Counted from the stretch's first letter, positions 39,588 through 50,569 are shown. The stretch is DNA of 64,000 bases from Leptolyngbyaceae cyanobacterium (GCA_965263355.1 CBDHHL010000032.1:352001-416000); one strand, 5' to 3'. Translations and numbers: made by a program. The notes: generated from the sequence alone by a model not told the origin.

Positions 39588-42500
39588 ATGGCGATGGATG
39601 TTGATACAAATTCAAACGCTGATCCAAACTCTGAGATGGATTCGGCGGAAGGTATTTTTACTCAAGAAGACAGTTCTGAAGATGATCGGGTATTGGAAGG
39701 TGCTGTAGTGAAATCTGTAGGCAATGTTCAGGATAATAGCGACGGGTTAGAAAATGAAAGGGGACAAAATCCCAATCTAGAGCTAGCTGATCAGTTGAAA
39801 GAAATTGCTACGGTCAGTCGTCAAAATGTTTCAACTGCGATTCCAACCAATTCCGGGTCAGACGGTCAGTCTGGTCCGATTTTATCTTATCGGGGCGTTA
39901 AATATGCTCAAGGTGAGCGACGCTATGCTCCTGAAAAGCTAACTATTTCTAGTAGGCATGCGTTATTACAGTGGTTTTATGACTTACCTGTTAGTAGTAA
40001 GCAATTAATTGGTTTAATCTCCTCAGAGGTGATTTCGGTTATTGGTTTGGTGGGAGCTGGTTCATTATTAATTATTGGGGGTGCTCGTCAGCAACTATTA
40101 AAACAGGCCGAAGCTGAGTTATCAGTCACTGATATTCAGTACAACATCAAAGTAAACCAAATGGGATTTGGTTTTCGTGGTCAGTCAGAGAATACAGCCA
40201 TCGTAGATTTGGCTGAGGGAGTTGCTAATAATGCTGATGTTACTAGCGCTCAACAGGCCGTCGTTCGTGAGATTTTGCAAGGGGAAATTGAGGCTCGAGA
40301 CATTGAGTACTCTACACTTGTTGGTGTTGACAGCAAAATAATATCTAATGCCCAGACTGATCGAACCGGGGAAGAGTTTGATCCCTATGGTTTAGTTTCT
40401 CGTGTTGTTAATGAACGTAAGCAGCTAAAAGTTAATGGCTTAGTTGACCTTAGTGAGTTGCAACGCCAAGGAGTTGAACTGTCCACTGATGGAGACAAAG
40501 CACTTATTCGCTATGTGGCAACTCCGGTATTTTCTCAAGGAAGAACTGATCGATTGATCGGGGTTTTAATTGCTGGCGATGTTGTCAACGGTAAAACAGA
40601 CATTGTTGAAAGTAGTGTAAACGCATTTGGTACTGGCTATAGTGCAATCTATTTCAGTAATGATACTGAGAACTTTCAACTAGCTGCCTCTGCCGATTTA
40701 GACGAGGGCGCGGATGAAATTGAAATTGGTGAAGAAGTTTACGATCAGGCGTTGCTCAACGTTGCCATACAAAACCAAGGGGACGTTGTTTCTCAACGTC
40801 TTGTGGAAAGTGACGGCGATGCTTATGCCATGTCTGCAAAAACCTTAGAAGATATCAACGGTGAGCCGATTGGAGTTTTAATTCGCGGCACCTCGGAAGC
40901 AAAACTCCAGCAATTAGTTAACAGAAGTTTGCAGATTCAGTTTCTAATTGCGCTGTTGGCTATTATCGCTGATATCTTTTTAGCACAGTTACTAGGGCGT
41001 TCAATTGCTAGCCCAATTAAACGTCTCCAGCAAGCGACTGAAGCTTTTGCTGGAGGCGATCGTCAAGTGAAGGCCGATGTCTTTGCCAGGGATGAAGTAG
41101 GCCAGCTGGCAACCGCCTTTAATGATCTGACTAGTACAGTTGTTCTATCTGAGGGGACACTGATCGATCAAGCAAGTGTCCAGACTTTGGCAGCTCAGCG
41201 AGCTAACCAGTTGGCTAGTTTGACTAGCGATTTGCGTAAAAACAACATTGATGAAGAAAGCCTATATAGTATAGCTGTTAATGGTGTTCGTAAGGCTATA
41301 GAGGCAGATCGCGTCATCATGTATCGCTTTAATGATGATTGGAGTGGTCAAATTATCTCTGAGTCTGTTGGTATGGGTTGGCCTACTGCGTTAGGTGCTA
41401 ATATCACTGACCCTTGTTTTGTAACTGGATATGTTGAACAATATCGTCGAGGGCGTGTACAGGCAACCAACAACATCTTTAAAGCTGGTTTGACCGAATG
41501 TCATCTTGGTCAATTGAAGCCCTTTGAGGTTAAAGCTAACCTCGTTGCTCCCATTTTAGAAAGTGATAATTTAATGGGGTTATTAGTTGCTCATCAATGT
41601 TCCAGCGCTAGAGATTGGAGCGAATTAGATATTAGTTTCTTTAAGCAAGCTGCTTTACAGGTTGGGTTATCTGTCGAGCAAATTAATTTGTTTAACCAGA
41701 AGAAACAAGCACAATTGGAAGCAGAGGCTTTATCTGAAGAACGGCGACAGCGTCAAGAGACTCTGCAAATGGAATTATTAGGTCTCTTAGATGATGTCGA
41801 AGGTGCTGCAAGGGGTGATTTGACCGTACGGGCTGATGTCTCAGCTGGTGAGATTGGTACGGTTGCCGATTTCTTTAATGCCATTATCGAGAGTTTGCGA
41901 CAAATTGTGACCCAGGTGAAAACCTCAGCAGTACAGGTAAATGCATCCTTAGGGTCTAACGAAGTTGCGATGAGTGCCCTGGCTGAAGACGCATTAAAGC
42001 AAGCGGAACGTACGACTCAGACATTAGATTCTGTAGAGGTCATGACCATGGCCATCACCCAAGCAGCTGATCGGGCTCAACAAGCTGCTGTAGTAGCTCG
42101 TGAGGCTTCACAAACCGCTGAGGTTGGTGGTGTTGCTATGGATTTGACAGTACAGAACATTTTGGAACTTAGAGCAACCGTTGGTGAAACGGCTAAGAAA
42201 GTGAAACGCTTGGGTGAGTCTTCTCAGCAAATTTCTAAGGTTGTTTCGCTGATTAATCAAATTGCTACTCAGACGAATTTACTGGCCATCAATGCTGGTA
42301 TTGAGGCAGCTCGTGCTGGGGAAGAAGGCCAAGGTTTTGCCGCTGTTGCTGAAGAGGTTGGTGAGCTAGCAGCTCGTTCAGCTGCTGCAACTCAAGATAT
42401 TGAGCGAATTGTCGATAGTATTCAGCGAGAGACCGCTGATGTAGTAGATGCTATCGAAAGTAGTACGTCTCAGGTGGTTGAAGGCACCCGTCGTGTGGAT

Positions 42501-42779
42501 GAGGCAAAGCAGAGTCTGGCTCGTATGGTAGAAGTGTCTCAGCAGATTGATGCGCTAGTACAGACAATCTCTGCGGCTACGGTTTCTCAGGTTGAAACAG
42601 CCGCCAATGTATCCACATTGATGCAGGAAATTTCATTGGTGTCTGAACGTACATCGACATCTTCTAGGACGGTTTCGGAAGCATTACAGCAGACTGTGGC
42701 AGTGGCTAAGGAACTTGAGATATCGATGGCTGCTTTTAAGGTGGAAGATAACAGTCCTTCTGCACCTCAGGGGCTGTAA
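39588..42779 (+). CDS. Methyl-accepting phototaxis receptor (PixJ-like): TM-periplasmic domain-TM-HAMP-CBCR GAF-MCP
   Basis: GAF with DPCF and ECHL (DXCF cyanobacteriochrome); MCP signature [30 protein letters not shown]. Confidence 0.9.
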   Translation: MAMDVDTNSNADPNSEMDSAEGIFTQEDSSEDDRVLEGAVVKSVGNVQDNSDGLENERGQNPNLELADQLKEIATVSRQNVSTAIPTNSGSDGQSGPILSYRGVKYAQGERRYAPEKLTISSRHALLQWFYDLPVSSKQLIGLISSEVISVIGLVGAGSLLIIGGARQQLLKQAEAELSVTDIQYNIKVNQMGFGFRGQSENTAIVDLAEGVANNADVTSAQQAVVREILQGEIEARDIEYSTLVGVDSKIISNAQTDRTGEEFDPYGLVSRVVNERKQLKVNGLVDLSELQRQGVELSTDGDKALIRYVATPVFSQGRTDRLIGVLIAGDVVNGKTDIVESSVNAFGTGYSAIYFSNDTENFQLAASADLDEGADEIEIGEEVYDQALLNVAIQNQGDVVSQRLVESDGDAYAMSAKTLEDINGEPIGVLIRGTSEAKLQQLVNRSLQIQFLIALLAIIADIFLAQLLGRSIASPIKRLQQATEAFAGGDRQVKADVFARDEVGQLATAFNDLTSTVVLSEGTLIDQASVQTLAAQRANQLASLTSDLRKNNIDEESLYSIAVNGVRKAIEADRVIMYRFNDDWSGQIISESVGMGWPTALGANITDPCFVTGYVEQYRRGRVQATNNIFKAGLTECHLGQLKPFEVKANLVAPILESDNLMGLLVAHQCSSARDWSELDISFFKQAALQVGLSVEQINLFNQKKQAQLEAEALSEERRQRQETLQMELLGLLDDVEGAARGDLTVRADVSAGEIGTVADFFNAIIESLRQIVTQVKTSAVQVNASLGSNEVAMSALAEDALKQAERTTQTLDSVEVMTMAITQAADRAQQAAVVAREASQTAEVGGVAMDLTVQNILELRATVGETAKKVKRLGESSQQISKVVSLINQIATQTNLLAINAGIEAARAGEEGQGFAAVAEEVGELAARSAAATQDIERIVDSIQRETADVVDAIESSTSQVVEGTRRVDEAKQSLARMVEVSQQIDALVQTISAATVSQVETAANVSTLMQEISLVSERTSTSSRTVSEALQQTVAVAKELEISMAAFKVEDNSPSAPQGL

Positions 42780-42884
42780 ATTGTATGTTGTTGGTTGGCA
42801 GTGTAGAGCGCACATAGGCCTAGGCTTTTATAGCATTGATCGAGAGGCAGTCACATAAGGCAGGTATCCAATAGGTGCAACATC

Positions 42885-43907
42885 ATGGCGGTTGATAAAG
42901 AACTTGAGATTAAGCTTCAGTTCCTAGACGAAGCGGACGAGTATTTACAGACCCTAGATGGGGCCTTGCTGGACTTAGCACAGAAAGGTGTGCTGCGCAA
43001 TGATATTGATGCGGCGCTGCGCTCATCCCATTCGATTAAGGGGGGCGCTGCCATGATGGGATACGCTCTGTTAAGTGACTTTGCCCATCGGCTAGAGGAC
43101 TCGCTAAAAGTTCTCAAGGTCCAGCGTGATGGTGTGTTAGCTGATGATAATTTGGAGCGATTGTTACTATCAGCGGTAGATGTTTTACGTCAGGTTATTC
43201 AGTGCGATCGCAACCAGACTGCTCCTGATGAAGCGTGGCTGGTAAGCACTGCTTTGCCTGTTTTTGATCAACTTTACGAGATTTTAGGAGAGGCTGATCC
43301 TGAGGATGAGAATATCCTGTTGTCATCGGATGAAAACCAGGATATTATTCCGGTCTTATTCAGTACTGAAGTCGAAGGTTGTCTAAATCGGTTAGAAACT
43401 GCGATATCTGCTCACACACCTCAGTTGCGTGAAGAAGTTGACATCTTAGCTCAAGAGCTTGGGGGATTGGGCGAAATGTTACAGCTGCCTGTATTTGTTC
43501 AACTGTGTATGTCAGTTGAACAAGCTATACGTGTGGCGGCCAGTGAGGCCCAAGTTATGGAAGTGGCTCAAGCCGCTCTAAATGAATGGAGGCAATCTCA
43601 AAGCCTGATTTTGGCGGGACAAGTTGAGCAGTTGCCCATGGCTTTGTCGGGATTAAGCTTTGAGGTAACCGCAGCTACTTCAGACTCAGAGCCGGTTAGT
43701 GATGGAACTCTGGTCGGTAATCAACTGGTCGTAGATGCCGTAGATAACTCTATTCTCGATTTAGGCCAGGTTGCCGAGGAAGATGACTGGGCAACGATTC
43801 TTGCCCAGGCTGAAAGTGCAACTGCTGATCAGGATATTTTTGCTCGATCAACAGAGCGATTTCATCAACTGCGGAGTTTAATTCCATCCATGAACATCAA
43901 TCAATAG
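42885..43907 (+). CDS. cheA: CheA-like kinase, N-terminal Hpt part (frameshifted gene, 5' portion)
   Basis: FLDEADEYL...RSSHSIKGGAAMMG...AHRLED plus a second degenerate Hpt; the last ~17 codons appear out of frame. Confidence 0.8.
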   Translation: MAVDKELEIKLQFLDEADEYLQTLDGALLDLAQKGVLRNDIDAALRSSHSIKGGAAMMGYALLSDFAHRLEDSLKVLKVQRDGVLADDNLERLLLSAVDVLRQVIQCDRNQTAPDEAWLVSTALPVFDQLYEILGEADPEDENILLSSDENQDIIPVLFSTEVEGCLNRLETAISAHTPQLREEVDILAQELGGLGEMLQLPVFVQLCMSVEQAIRVAASEAQVMEVAQAALNEWRQSQSLILAGQVEQLPMALSGLSFEVTAATSDSEPVSDGTLVGNQLVVDAVDNSILDLGQVAEEDDWATILAQAESATADQDIFARSTERFHQLRSLIPSMNINQ

Positions 43908-43978
43908 CGGAGATTGAGTCGACGTTAACTCGGTCGGTTGAAAGCGGCTCTAAAGACTCTGTTCAATCCGTTAGGCCC

Positions 43979-46051
43979 ATGGTGGAATCGGAACCGCAGT
44001 CTGTGGGACAAGATACAGCTAAGCCTCAGGCAGAGTTTCATTTTTCCAGCCAGCCTAGTCCTGAGGTTCAAGTTGCGGACTCAGATGCTGATCAAGATAC
44101 TACAGTGCGAGTTTCAGTCCGGCAACTTAATGAACTAAACGACTACTTTGGCGATTTGACAATTGAACGCCATCGTCTCGATAGTGAAGTGAAACGGTTG
44201 AGGTCATTGGTAAAATTGCTTCATGAGCGGCTGCGTTCTCTAGAAGAATCAGAAGAGGATTTGCGGGATGCCTACGATAAGACTGCCAGTAATAATCCGT
44301 TAATGCTTCCGGCAGCTTCCATTGGTAGGAATGGTAATGCCCCCCTCGCTTTACATGAAAGTTTTGGCAATGGAGCAATTGTCTCAGGATTTGATTCCCT
44401 GGAGATGGATCGCTACGACGAACGGCATCTGCCCTTTCGGGACATCATGGAAACAGCAGTAAGGCTAAGAGAGGTTGCTGATGACATTGAGATTAGCGTT
44501 GATATAGCAGAACAGTCATCACGTAATTTGCAGCGTACTACAAGACGACTGCAGCGTAATCTCAATCAGTTGCGCATGCGTCCCTTGTCAGACATTACAA
44601 ATCGTTTCCCTCGAGCATTGCGTGAACTGTCCTTAGAATTTAATAAACCTGTAGAACTTAAGGTTGAAGGAGATAAGACACTCGTTGATCGTAATATTTT
44701 AGAGTCCCTAAACGATCCGTTAATGCACATTTTGCGTAATGCTTTTGACCATGGCATTGAGACGCCAGAGGAGCGTTTAACGGCGGGTAAATCTGAGCAA
44801 GGTACGATTACTATTACGGCTCAACAACGTAGTAGTCGGACTATTATTACTATTCGTGATGACGGTCGCGGCATTCCCCTTGATAAAATCCGTGCCCGTG
44901 CCAAGGAAATGGGATTAGATGAGTCCTTGTTGGCTACCGCTAGCGAAACAGATTTGCTCTCACTGATTTTTGAGCCTGGGTTTAGTACAGCCAGTCAGGT
45001 TACCACGCTATCTGGTCGTGGGGTGGGTATGGATGTGGTGCGCAATAACCTTGAAGAGATTCGAGGTGATATTAGTGTTTCTACCCAGGCTGGCCAAGGT
45101 TCGACATTTACCATCTCAGTACCCTACACCCTTTCTGTTACTCGGGTATTGCTAGCTGAGAGTAATCGTCTGCCTATGGCCATTCCAACGGATAACCTGC
45201 AGGAAATTACGGTGGTTGCTGATGACGAGGTGTATGATGAGGATGGCCGTGAAATGTTTACCCGTAGTGGTAAGCCAGTCCGGTTAATTCGTATGGCTAA
45301 GTGGTTAGCCTTTAACTGCGCCCGTCATCTTGAAAGTTTAGAAATGAGCCCCAATGTAACGGTACCGACGGTTTTAGTCTTCCGTTATAACGATCAGCTG
45401 TTTGGACTGCAGATTGATCGCTCTTGGGGGGATCAAGAAGTGGCACTTCGCCGGATTGAAGGGAATGTCTCAATGCCGACAGGATTTAACAACTGCACTA
45501 TTTTTGGTGATGGACAGGTTGTCCCCCTGCTTAATGCTCCAGAGTTTATTCGCTGGGTACTGAGTTGTGAAGGGTCAAACATCAAGGAAGCAGCAGTCCT
45601 CTACGGCAATCCTTTACTAAGTGGTAAACTAAGCGACCTACAACCTAATGCGGGTGTTAATTCTGCTAAGCAACCCATGATCATGGTGGTAGATGATTCG
45701 GTCAATGTGCGACGACTTTTGGCTCTAACGTTAGAGAAACAAGGATATCGTGTGACTCAGGCAAGGGATGGTCTGGATGCGCTAGAAAAACTCAACGCAG
45801 GTCTCGATATCAATGCGATAGTTTGTGATATTGAGATGCCGCGCCTTGATGGCTATGGTTTTCTGGCAAAACTACGCTCCCACGAGCGCTGTTCCCACAT
45901 TCCGATTACGATGCTGACGTCTCGTACAGGGGAAAAGCATCGTCAACTGGCGATGAAACTTGGGGCTAATGCTTACTTCTCGAAGCCTTATCAAGAGCAA
46001 CTGTTGCTAGATACCCTTGCGAATGCTGTATTTAATGCTCCTTTGAATTAG
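43979..46051 (+). CDS. cheA: CheA-like kinase, C-terminal part: dimerization-HATPase-CheW-REC (PixL-like)
   Basis: TVRVSV, HILRNAFDHGIE, DDGRG, SGRGVGMDVV, CheW domain, REC; this frame is open upstream to 43829. Confidence 0.9.
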   Translation: MVESEPQSVGQDTAKPQAEFHFSSQPSPEVQVADSDADQDTTVRVSVRQLNELNDYFGDLTIERHRLDSEVKRLRSLVKLLHERLRSLEESEEDLRDAYDKTASNNPLMLPAASIGRNGNAPLALHESFGNGAIVSGFDSLEMDRYDERHLPFRDIMETAVRLREVADDIEISVDIAEQSSRNLQRTTRRLQRNLNQLRMRPLSDITNRFPRALRELSLEFNKPVELKVEGDKTLVDRNILESLNDPLMHILRNAFDHGIETPEERLTAGKSEQGTITITAQQRSSRTIITIRDDGRGIPLDKIRARAKEMGLDESLLATASETDLLSLIFEPGFSTASQVTTLSGRGVGMDVVRNNLEEIRGDISVSTQAGQGSTFTISVPYTLSVTRVLLAESNRLPMAIPTDNLQEITVVADDEVYDEDGREMFTRSGKPVRLIRMAKWLAFNCARHLESLEMSPNVTVPTVLVFRYNDQLFGLQIDRSWGDQEVALRRIEGNVSMPTGFNNCTIFGDGQVVPLLNAPEFIRWVLSCEGSNIKEAAVLYGNPLLSGKLSDLQPNAGVNSAKQPMIMVVDDSVNVRRLLALTLEKQGYRVTQARDGLDALEKLNAGLDINAIVCDIEMPRLDGYGFLAKLRSHERCSHIPITMLTSRTGEKHRQLAMKLGANAYFSKPYQEQLLLDTLANAVFNAPLN

Positions 46052-46055
46052 GTTA

Positions 46056-46304
46056 ATGATTTCTATTACCTTGAAGCTGTTTGCGGTGTATCAAGATGTT
46101 TTGGGTTGTCCTGAAATGGCGATGACATTACCAGCGGGCACAACGGTTAGGGATCTGTGCGATCGCATTTGCAACCAACACCCTGAACTCAGACGATGGC
46201 AACCGTTAACTCGCTTTGGCATCAACTTACAGTTTGTTGAAGCTGATACCCTGCTAAACGACGGCGATGAAGTCGTCTTGATTCCACCGGTCAGTGGCGG
46301 CTAA
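46056..46304 (+). CDS. moaD: MoaD/ThiS sulfur carrier
   Basis: LKLFA...DGDEVVLIPPVSGG with C-terminal GG. Confidence 0.92.
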   Translation: MISITLKLFAVYQDVLGCPEMAMTLPAGTTVRDLCDRICNQHPELRRWQPLTRFGINLQFVEADTLLNDGDEVVLIPPVSGG

Positions 46305-46310
46305 TAATGG

Positions 46311-46346
46311 GGCGTTAGGGGCGTTGCATGCAACGCCCCTAACGCC
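46311..46346. repeat. 36-bp perfect palindrome, REP-like, between convergent genes
   Basis: ggcgttaggggcgttgca|tgcaacgcccctaacgcc. Confidence 0.9.
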
Positions 46347-46357
46347 AATTCCATAAA

Positions 46358-46723
46358 TTAGTCCACGGCATACTGTTGAAGTACTGCGAGTGAAACTGTA
46401 TCCAAGGCAGTTTCATGGGTAGAGGCGAGCACCACTTTTGGTGCCACACCTGTATCATGGGCTTCCTTCCAGCGACTAGCACATAGACACCATCGATCAC
46501 CGGGTTTGAGCCCAGGAAACTGATACATGGGCATTGGGGTGCTCAGATCATTACCTTGGGCCTTGGTATAGGCCAAAAAATCTTCCGTAACCTCAGCACA
46601 GATGACATGAGCACCCATATCGTTTGGACCTGTGTTGCAGGTACCATCGCGGTAAAAACCAGTCATGGGGTTGGTGCAGCATGACTGCAAATTTTCACCC
46701 AGAACGTTTCTTACAATTGCCAT
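46358..46723 (-). CDS. DUF2237-family protein
   Basis: NVLGENLQSCCTNPMTGFYRDGTC...FPGLKPGDRWCLCASRW. Confidence 0.9.
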   Translation of the reverse strand: MAIVRNVLGENLQSCCTNPMTGFYRDGTCNTGPNDMGAHVICAEVTEDFLAYTKAQGNDLSTPMPMYQFPGLKPGDRWCLCASRWKEAHDTGVAPKVVLASTHETALDTVSLAVLQQYAVD

Positions 46724-46738
46724 CGGTTTTTCGGCTAT

Positions 46739-47626
46739 CTAGATTTCAGCAACGGCGCGCTCAACCAAACGACGAGTCAGGGTTTGAACACCTGTGTGCT
46801 CGTAATAGTTGGTGGAAATATCTAAAAATGCACCAAAATAGTCCATTTTATCGTCGGCTATATCCACAAACGTTTTCAGGTTAGCAACCACGCTTTGAGG
46901 TGTGATGCCCTTGGATTCAACAAAGTCACCCATCCAGCCTTTAACGGAGTCGAAACTGGTGAGGACGAAGGAGAGCTGGTCAGCCGTTTTGCTACCAGGG
47001 ATAGCTTCCTTGATGGCTTTAAACGCTGGATTGCTTTCAAAATCCTGAGGCTCGAGTTTGCTTAATAGGGCCTCAGTTTGTTTAATAAAATTAGGACCTA
47101 GGGGCACCAGGCCATCAAAACAAACCAAGGCAACCATCCGCACTAAAGACTCACTACCATAATCGCCCAATGCGTTGACAAAATCACCAACGCTGTCGCC
47201 TGGAATACCGTTGATTTTGCAGAAGGCAACGATTTCTGTAACCAGCTTCATGCAAAGATCAATCGTCTGGGCTTTTTCAGGTTTAGGCGTTAGACGATTG
47301 ACAATCGATAGAAAAGGTATATTTTCGGTGACCTTCCCTGCCAAAGCCGCCTGTCCCAGAGCCCGTCCTGTGGAATCAATGGTTTGATAGAGCCACATAG
47401 CCCTCTGATAGCCTTCAGATTTGTCGTTATAGAGTTGAATGGCACGGGCACCAATTTGCTCAATCAGAGCGGCGTCACTTTCGCCAGTGACTTGGCGAAT
47501 GGTATTTTCAAATCCCACAAGGTTGTCCCATTCCCCAGGTAATATCTTGTCAAGGGAACGGAGAGCAAAAACCGTCAGGTTTTTTTCAGGTAACTCGTTA
47601 ACTAGCTCGTAGATCGACTTGCTCAT
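46739..47626 (-). CDS. Conserved cyanobacterial hypothetical protein
   Basis: 295-aa ORF, helical; probably co-transcribed with neighbours. Confidence 0.75.
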   Translation of the reverse strand: MSKSIYELVNELPEKNLTVFALRSLDKILPGEWDNLVGFENTIRQVTGESDAALIEQIGARAIQLYNDKSEGYQRAMWLYQTIDSTGRALGQAALAGKVTENIPFLSIVNRLTPKPEKAQTIDLCMKLVTEIVAFCKINGIPGDSVGDFVNALGDYGSESLVRMVALVCFDGLVPLGPNFIKQTEALLSKLEPQDFESNPAFKAIKEAIPGSKTADQLSFVLTSFDSVKGWMGDFVESKGITPQSVVANLKTFVDIADDKMDYFGAFLDISTNYYEHTGVQTLTRRLVERAVAEI

Positions 47627-47666
47627 AGTGATGTCCTCATTTGATGGCGCAGGCGATATGAAGAAA

Positions 47667-48191
47667 TTAATTGACGAGTTGAGCGAGTCCGGCTAAGTCA
47701 AACTTTTCTAGCCAGGCTTCACGGTCAGTTGATGTAAAATCATTATCCCGAGAAAGGACTTTGACCTGCAGACGATCAGCCACCAATAGACTGGTAGCAG
47801 TGCTACCCACTTCTGCCAATGGATAGCCTGCCAAAGAGCGCTGACTATTTTGATACTTATTAGTGGCGCTGGGGTTGGAGGCAGTATCAGATATCGAGAG
47901 CATGGCTAGGGTATTGCCATCTTGCTTCAATTTGGCTTCAGCGAAGCCCTCTTTTTCTTGGGTATAAACCCGTTCATATCCATCAGCAGCAGGGAAGAAC
48001 TTATTAAACTCACCGCCATTAATGATGGACTCTTTATCAACATTGACGGCAGGTGTTTGTTCTTCGATTTGCTCCCATTGAGCATTGTCACTGGGTTGGG
48101 ATGCTTTGAGTTGAGTTAGCTGGCAACCACCCACCGCCAGCAAGCCAATGAGCAAAAGAGCACCGATGGCTATGGAAACTTTACGCAACAT
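47667..48191 (-). CDS. Conserved hypothetical lipoprotein
   Basis: Lipobox-like AVGGC; FNKFFP...YERVYTQEKEGFAEAKL. Confidence 0.75.
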   Translation of the reverse strand: MLRKVSIAIGALLLIGLLAVGGCQLTQLKASQPSDNAQWEQIEEQTPAVNVDKESIINGGEFNKFFPAADGYERVYTQEKEGFAEAKLKQDGNTLAMLSISDTASNPSATNKYQNSQRSLAGYPLAEVGSTATSLLVADRLQVKVLSRDNDFTSTDREAWLEKFDLAGLAQLVN

Positions 48192-48659
48192 GGGATTTAG
48201 GGAGTGCTTCTAAACAACAGGAGTAGAAACTGTAGTGTCAGCCCCATAACCACAGGAAGAATAGGAATAGTTTCTCTATTTGAACCCTGTAGTTAGATCA
48301 ATGGAGCATGCAAACACCTAAACGTGTGAACAGGATGTTTACAACAGGTAGAAGTTTATCGTTATCTCGCGAATACAAAGAATATCGCCTGCGACTTTGT
48401 AAGCATTCGTATTGTTTGCAAGAGGTAATTGGGAAGTTTGGCTTAAGTTCTAGGGATCCTCTAGGCTATTTAGCAGAGAGTTTGTAATTCTGCCTGAATA
48501 GCCTCTAAATTACTCTAAAGTGAAGTGTCTTAGGTTTTATCTAGATATCATTACCCAGGGACTGCAATTTTCCTCAATTCGATAAAAGGATTAACTAGGT
48601 GCAGCTTTTTGACAGTTGGAGGGCCATAATAGGGCGGTGATTTAAATCGGCGAACAGAT

Positions 48660-48914
48660 ATGCCTAGGAAACCAAGCGAATTTATTGTCCACCTACTTTT
48701 TGATGGCGGCCATCATGAGGAAGTGAGGTTTTCCTCGATTCAAGATTTTCAAAAGTGGTATAGCAATGAGCTGATGCCTAAGTCCTCTTCAGATGACTTT
48801 ATTAAGGTGCCACTACCGGAGGTTAACCCTGGTGAATATATGGTTATACGTCCTTCTAGGCTGGTGGCGATTCGGGTAGAACCGCAATTTAGTTCTAGTG
48901 TAGAGCGGTTTTAG
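48660..48914 (+). CDS. Small conserved hypothetical protein
   Basis: 84 aa, EEVRF..IQDFQKWY...EYMVIRPS; directly upstream of mltA. Confidence 0.7.
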   Translation: MPRKPSEFIVHLLFDGGHHEEVRFSSIQDFQKWYSNELMPKSSSDDFIKVPLPEVNPGEYMVIRPSRLVAIRVEPQFSSSVERF

Positions 48915-48924
48915 ACAGCGACAG

Positions 48925-50079
48925 ATGATGTTGGGTTGGAGTTGGCTACGGACGTTTCTGGTGGCTTCCGTGGTGTTCTGTCCGCTAGCAGCAGAGGGAT
49001 TTCCTCTAGAGCGGGCTAACTGTCATGTTGAGTTTGTGTCCGATCTTTGTTTGGGCTACGATGCCCAGTTTGGTCAGGATCGAGTCCATTTACTGCAAGC
49101 GATCGATTACAGCCTGGATTATTTAGCTACGGAGGCTGCAGTAACGGCCTACGACAGTTATCCTTTACCGAGTATTACGCGAGAGCGGGTGCAGCGTAGT
49201 TTAGTGCGATTTCGTCAGCTGGTGGCTACTAGCCATTCGGCTCAGCAGCTGCAGCAGGCTGTCAATCAGGAGTTTGATTTTTATCGGTCGGTGGGGCGTG
49301 AGGATAATGGCCAGGTGGATTTTACAGGATATTTTGAGCCCACCTACAGCGCTAGCATTGTGCCTACCACGGAGTATCGCTATCCTTTATACGGTCGACC
49401 GGTAGATTTAGACAATTGGTCATTACCCCATCCCACGCGTACTGAGCTTGAAGGCATTGATGGTCTAGGGGGTGGAGAAGGTCCATTAGCTGATTTAGAG
49501 CTAGTCTGGCTGAGGGATCGGCTAGAGGCGTTTTTGGTGCAAGTGCAAGGCTCGGCGCGTCTACAGCTAACGGATGGTGCTGTGATGTCAGTGGGGTATG
49601 CCGGTCGTACGGAGTATCCCTATACCAGTATCGGTCGGGCTTTGGTGGATGATGGCATAGTGCCAGAGTCAGAGTTATCTCTGCCGATCTTAATAGAGTA
49701 TTTTCAGCAGCATCCAGAGGCTCTGGATCACTATTTGCCGCAGAATAATCGGTTTGTCTTTTTTAAGGCGACGGGTGGGGCTCCTCCTATTGGCAATTTG
49801 AATGTGCCGGTGACCGCAGGGCGCTCCATTGCTACTGATAAAACCCTGATGCCGCCGGGGGCACTGGCGCTCATCAGTCTCGAACTTCCAGTACTGACTA
49901 CACCGGGAGATTGGCAGAGAGTTCACGTTAATCGCTATGTATTGGATCAGGATACTGGGGGAGCGATTCGTGGTCCTGGTCGGGTGGATATTTTTGTGGG
50001 TACAGGCAGTGGTGCGGGACAGCAGGCTGGGCTGATTAATACGAGCGGCGAGCTGTACTACTTGCTGTTGCGGCAATAG
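48925..50079 (+). CDS. mltA: Membrane-bound lytic murein transglycosylase A
   Basis: FTGYFEP, QVQGSARL, YPYTSIGR, RSIATD, DQDTGGAIRGPGRVDIFVG. Confidence 0.93.
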   Translation: MMLGWSWLRTFLVASVVFCPLAAEGFPLERANCHVEFVSDLCLGYDAQFGQDRVHLLQAIDYSLDYLATEAAVTAYDSYPLPSITRERVQRSLVRFRQLVATSHSAQQLQQAVNQEFDFYRSVGREDNGQVDFTGYFEPTYSASIVPTTEYRYPLYGRPVDLDNWSLPHPTRTELEGIDGLGGGEGPLADLELVWLRDRLEAFLVQVQGSARLQLTDGAVMSVGYAGRTEYPYTSIGRALVDDGIVPESELSLPILIEYFQQHPEALDHYLPQNNRFVFFKATGGAPPIGNLNVPVTAGRSIATDKTLMPPGALALISLELPVLTTPGDWQRVHVNRYVLDQDTGGAIRGPGRVDIFVGTGSGAGQQAGLINTSGELYYLLLRQ

Positions 50080-50569
50080 GTATGGGCGTAGGACCTTGGA
50101 TTGAGAAGTTGCGATCGCAAATTTGCTGACGCAAGTCATATTCTCTAAAGCACCCAATAAAACAAGTATCTTGAGTTTTACGATAGGTTATCAGCTTAAG
50201 TAAACGCCTCTGATTAGCTACATCAAAGTGATCAACGGGTAAATCAATAATAATGACGCTGTAGTCTACGGCAAAGGTATGGGCCAGATTGACCTGATGT
50301 AGCTCAGTTAGAGGCAGGTGTTTAGGTTCCCTCTGCCACAACCGTCGAGGTAAACCGACCCAATCTAAAACGTGACGACTATGTCCCTCAGCCTGGGTGT
50401 GGGAAAATCCAAGTCCTAGCAATTGAGTTGACACACAATCAATGACTGTAGATTCGCCTCGCAATGCTTCACTGGAGCCCAAGTAGCCGATGGTGCGGGT
50501 TTGAATTTGGTCTGTCTGACGGTGGGATAGCTGGGGTAAATTTAACCACTGACTTTGATGATCGACCAA
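50036..50569 (-). pseudogene. Degenerate, 5'-truncated PhnL-like ABC ATPase remnant
   Basis: HQSQWLNL..RTIGY, LPRRLW, VNLAHTFAVDYSVIIIDLP...D.ANQ...FIGCF.....RQQICDR is colinear with the C-terminal two-thirds of PhnL; no Walker A, and signature/Walker B are degenerate. Confidence 0.55.

Noticed and set aside
43938..44138. 66-aa ORF at the cheA junction
   Set aside because: It lies in the upstream (Hpt) reading frame after its stop and overlaps the true kinase frame; a by-product of the frameshift.
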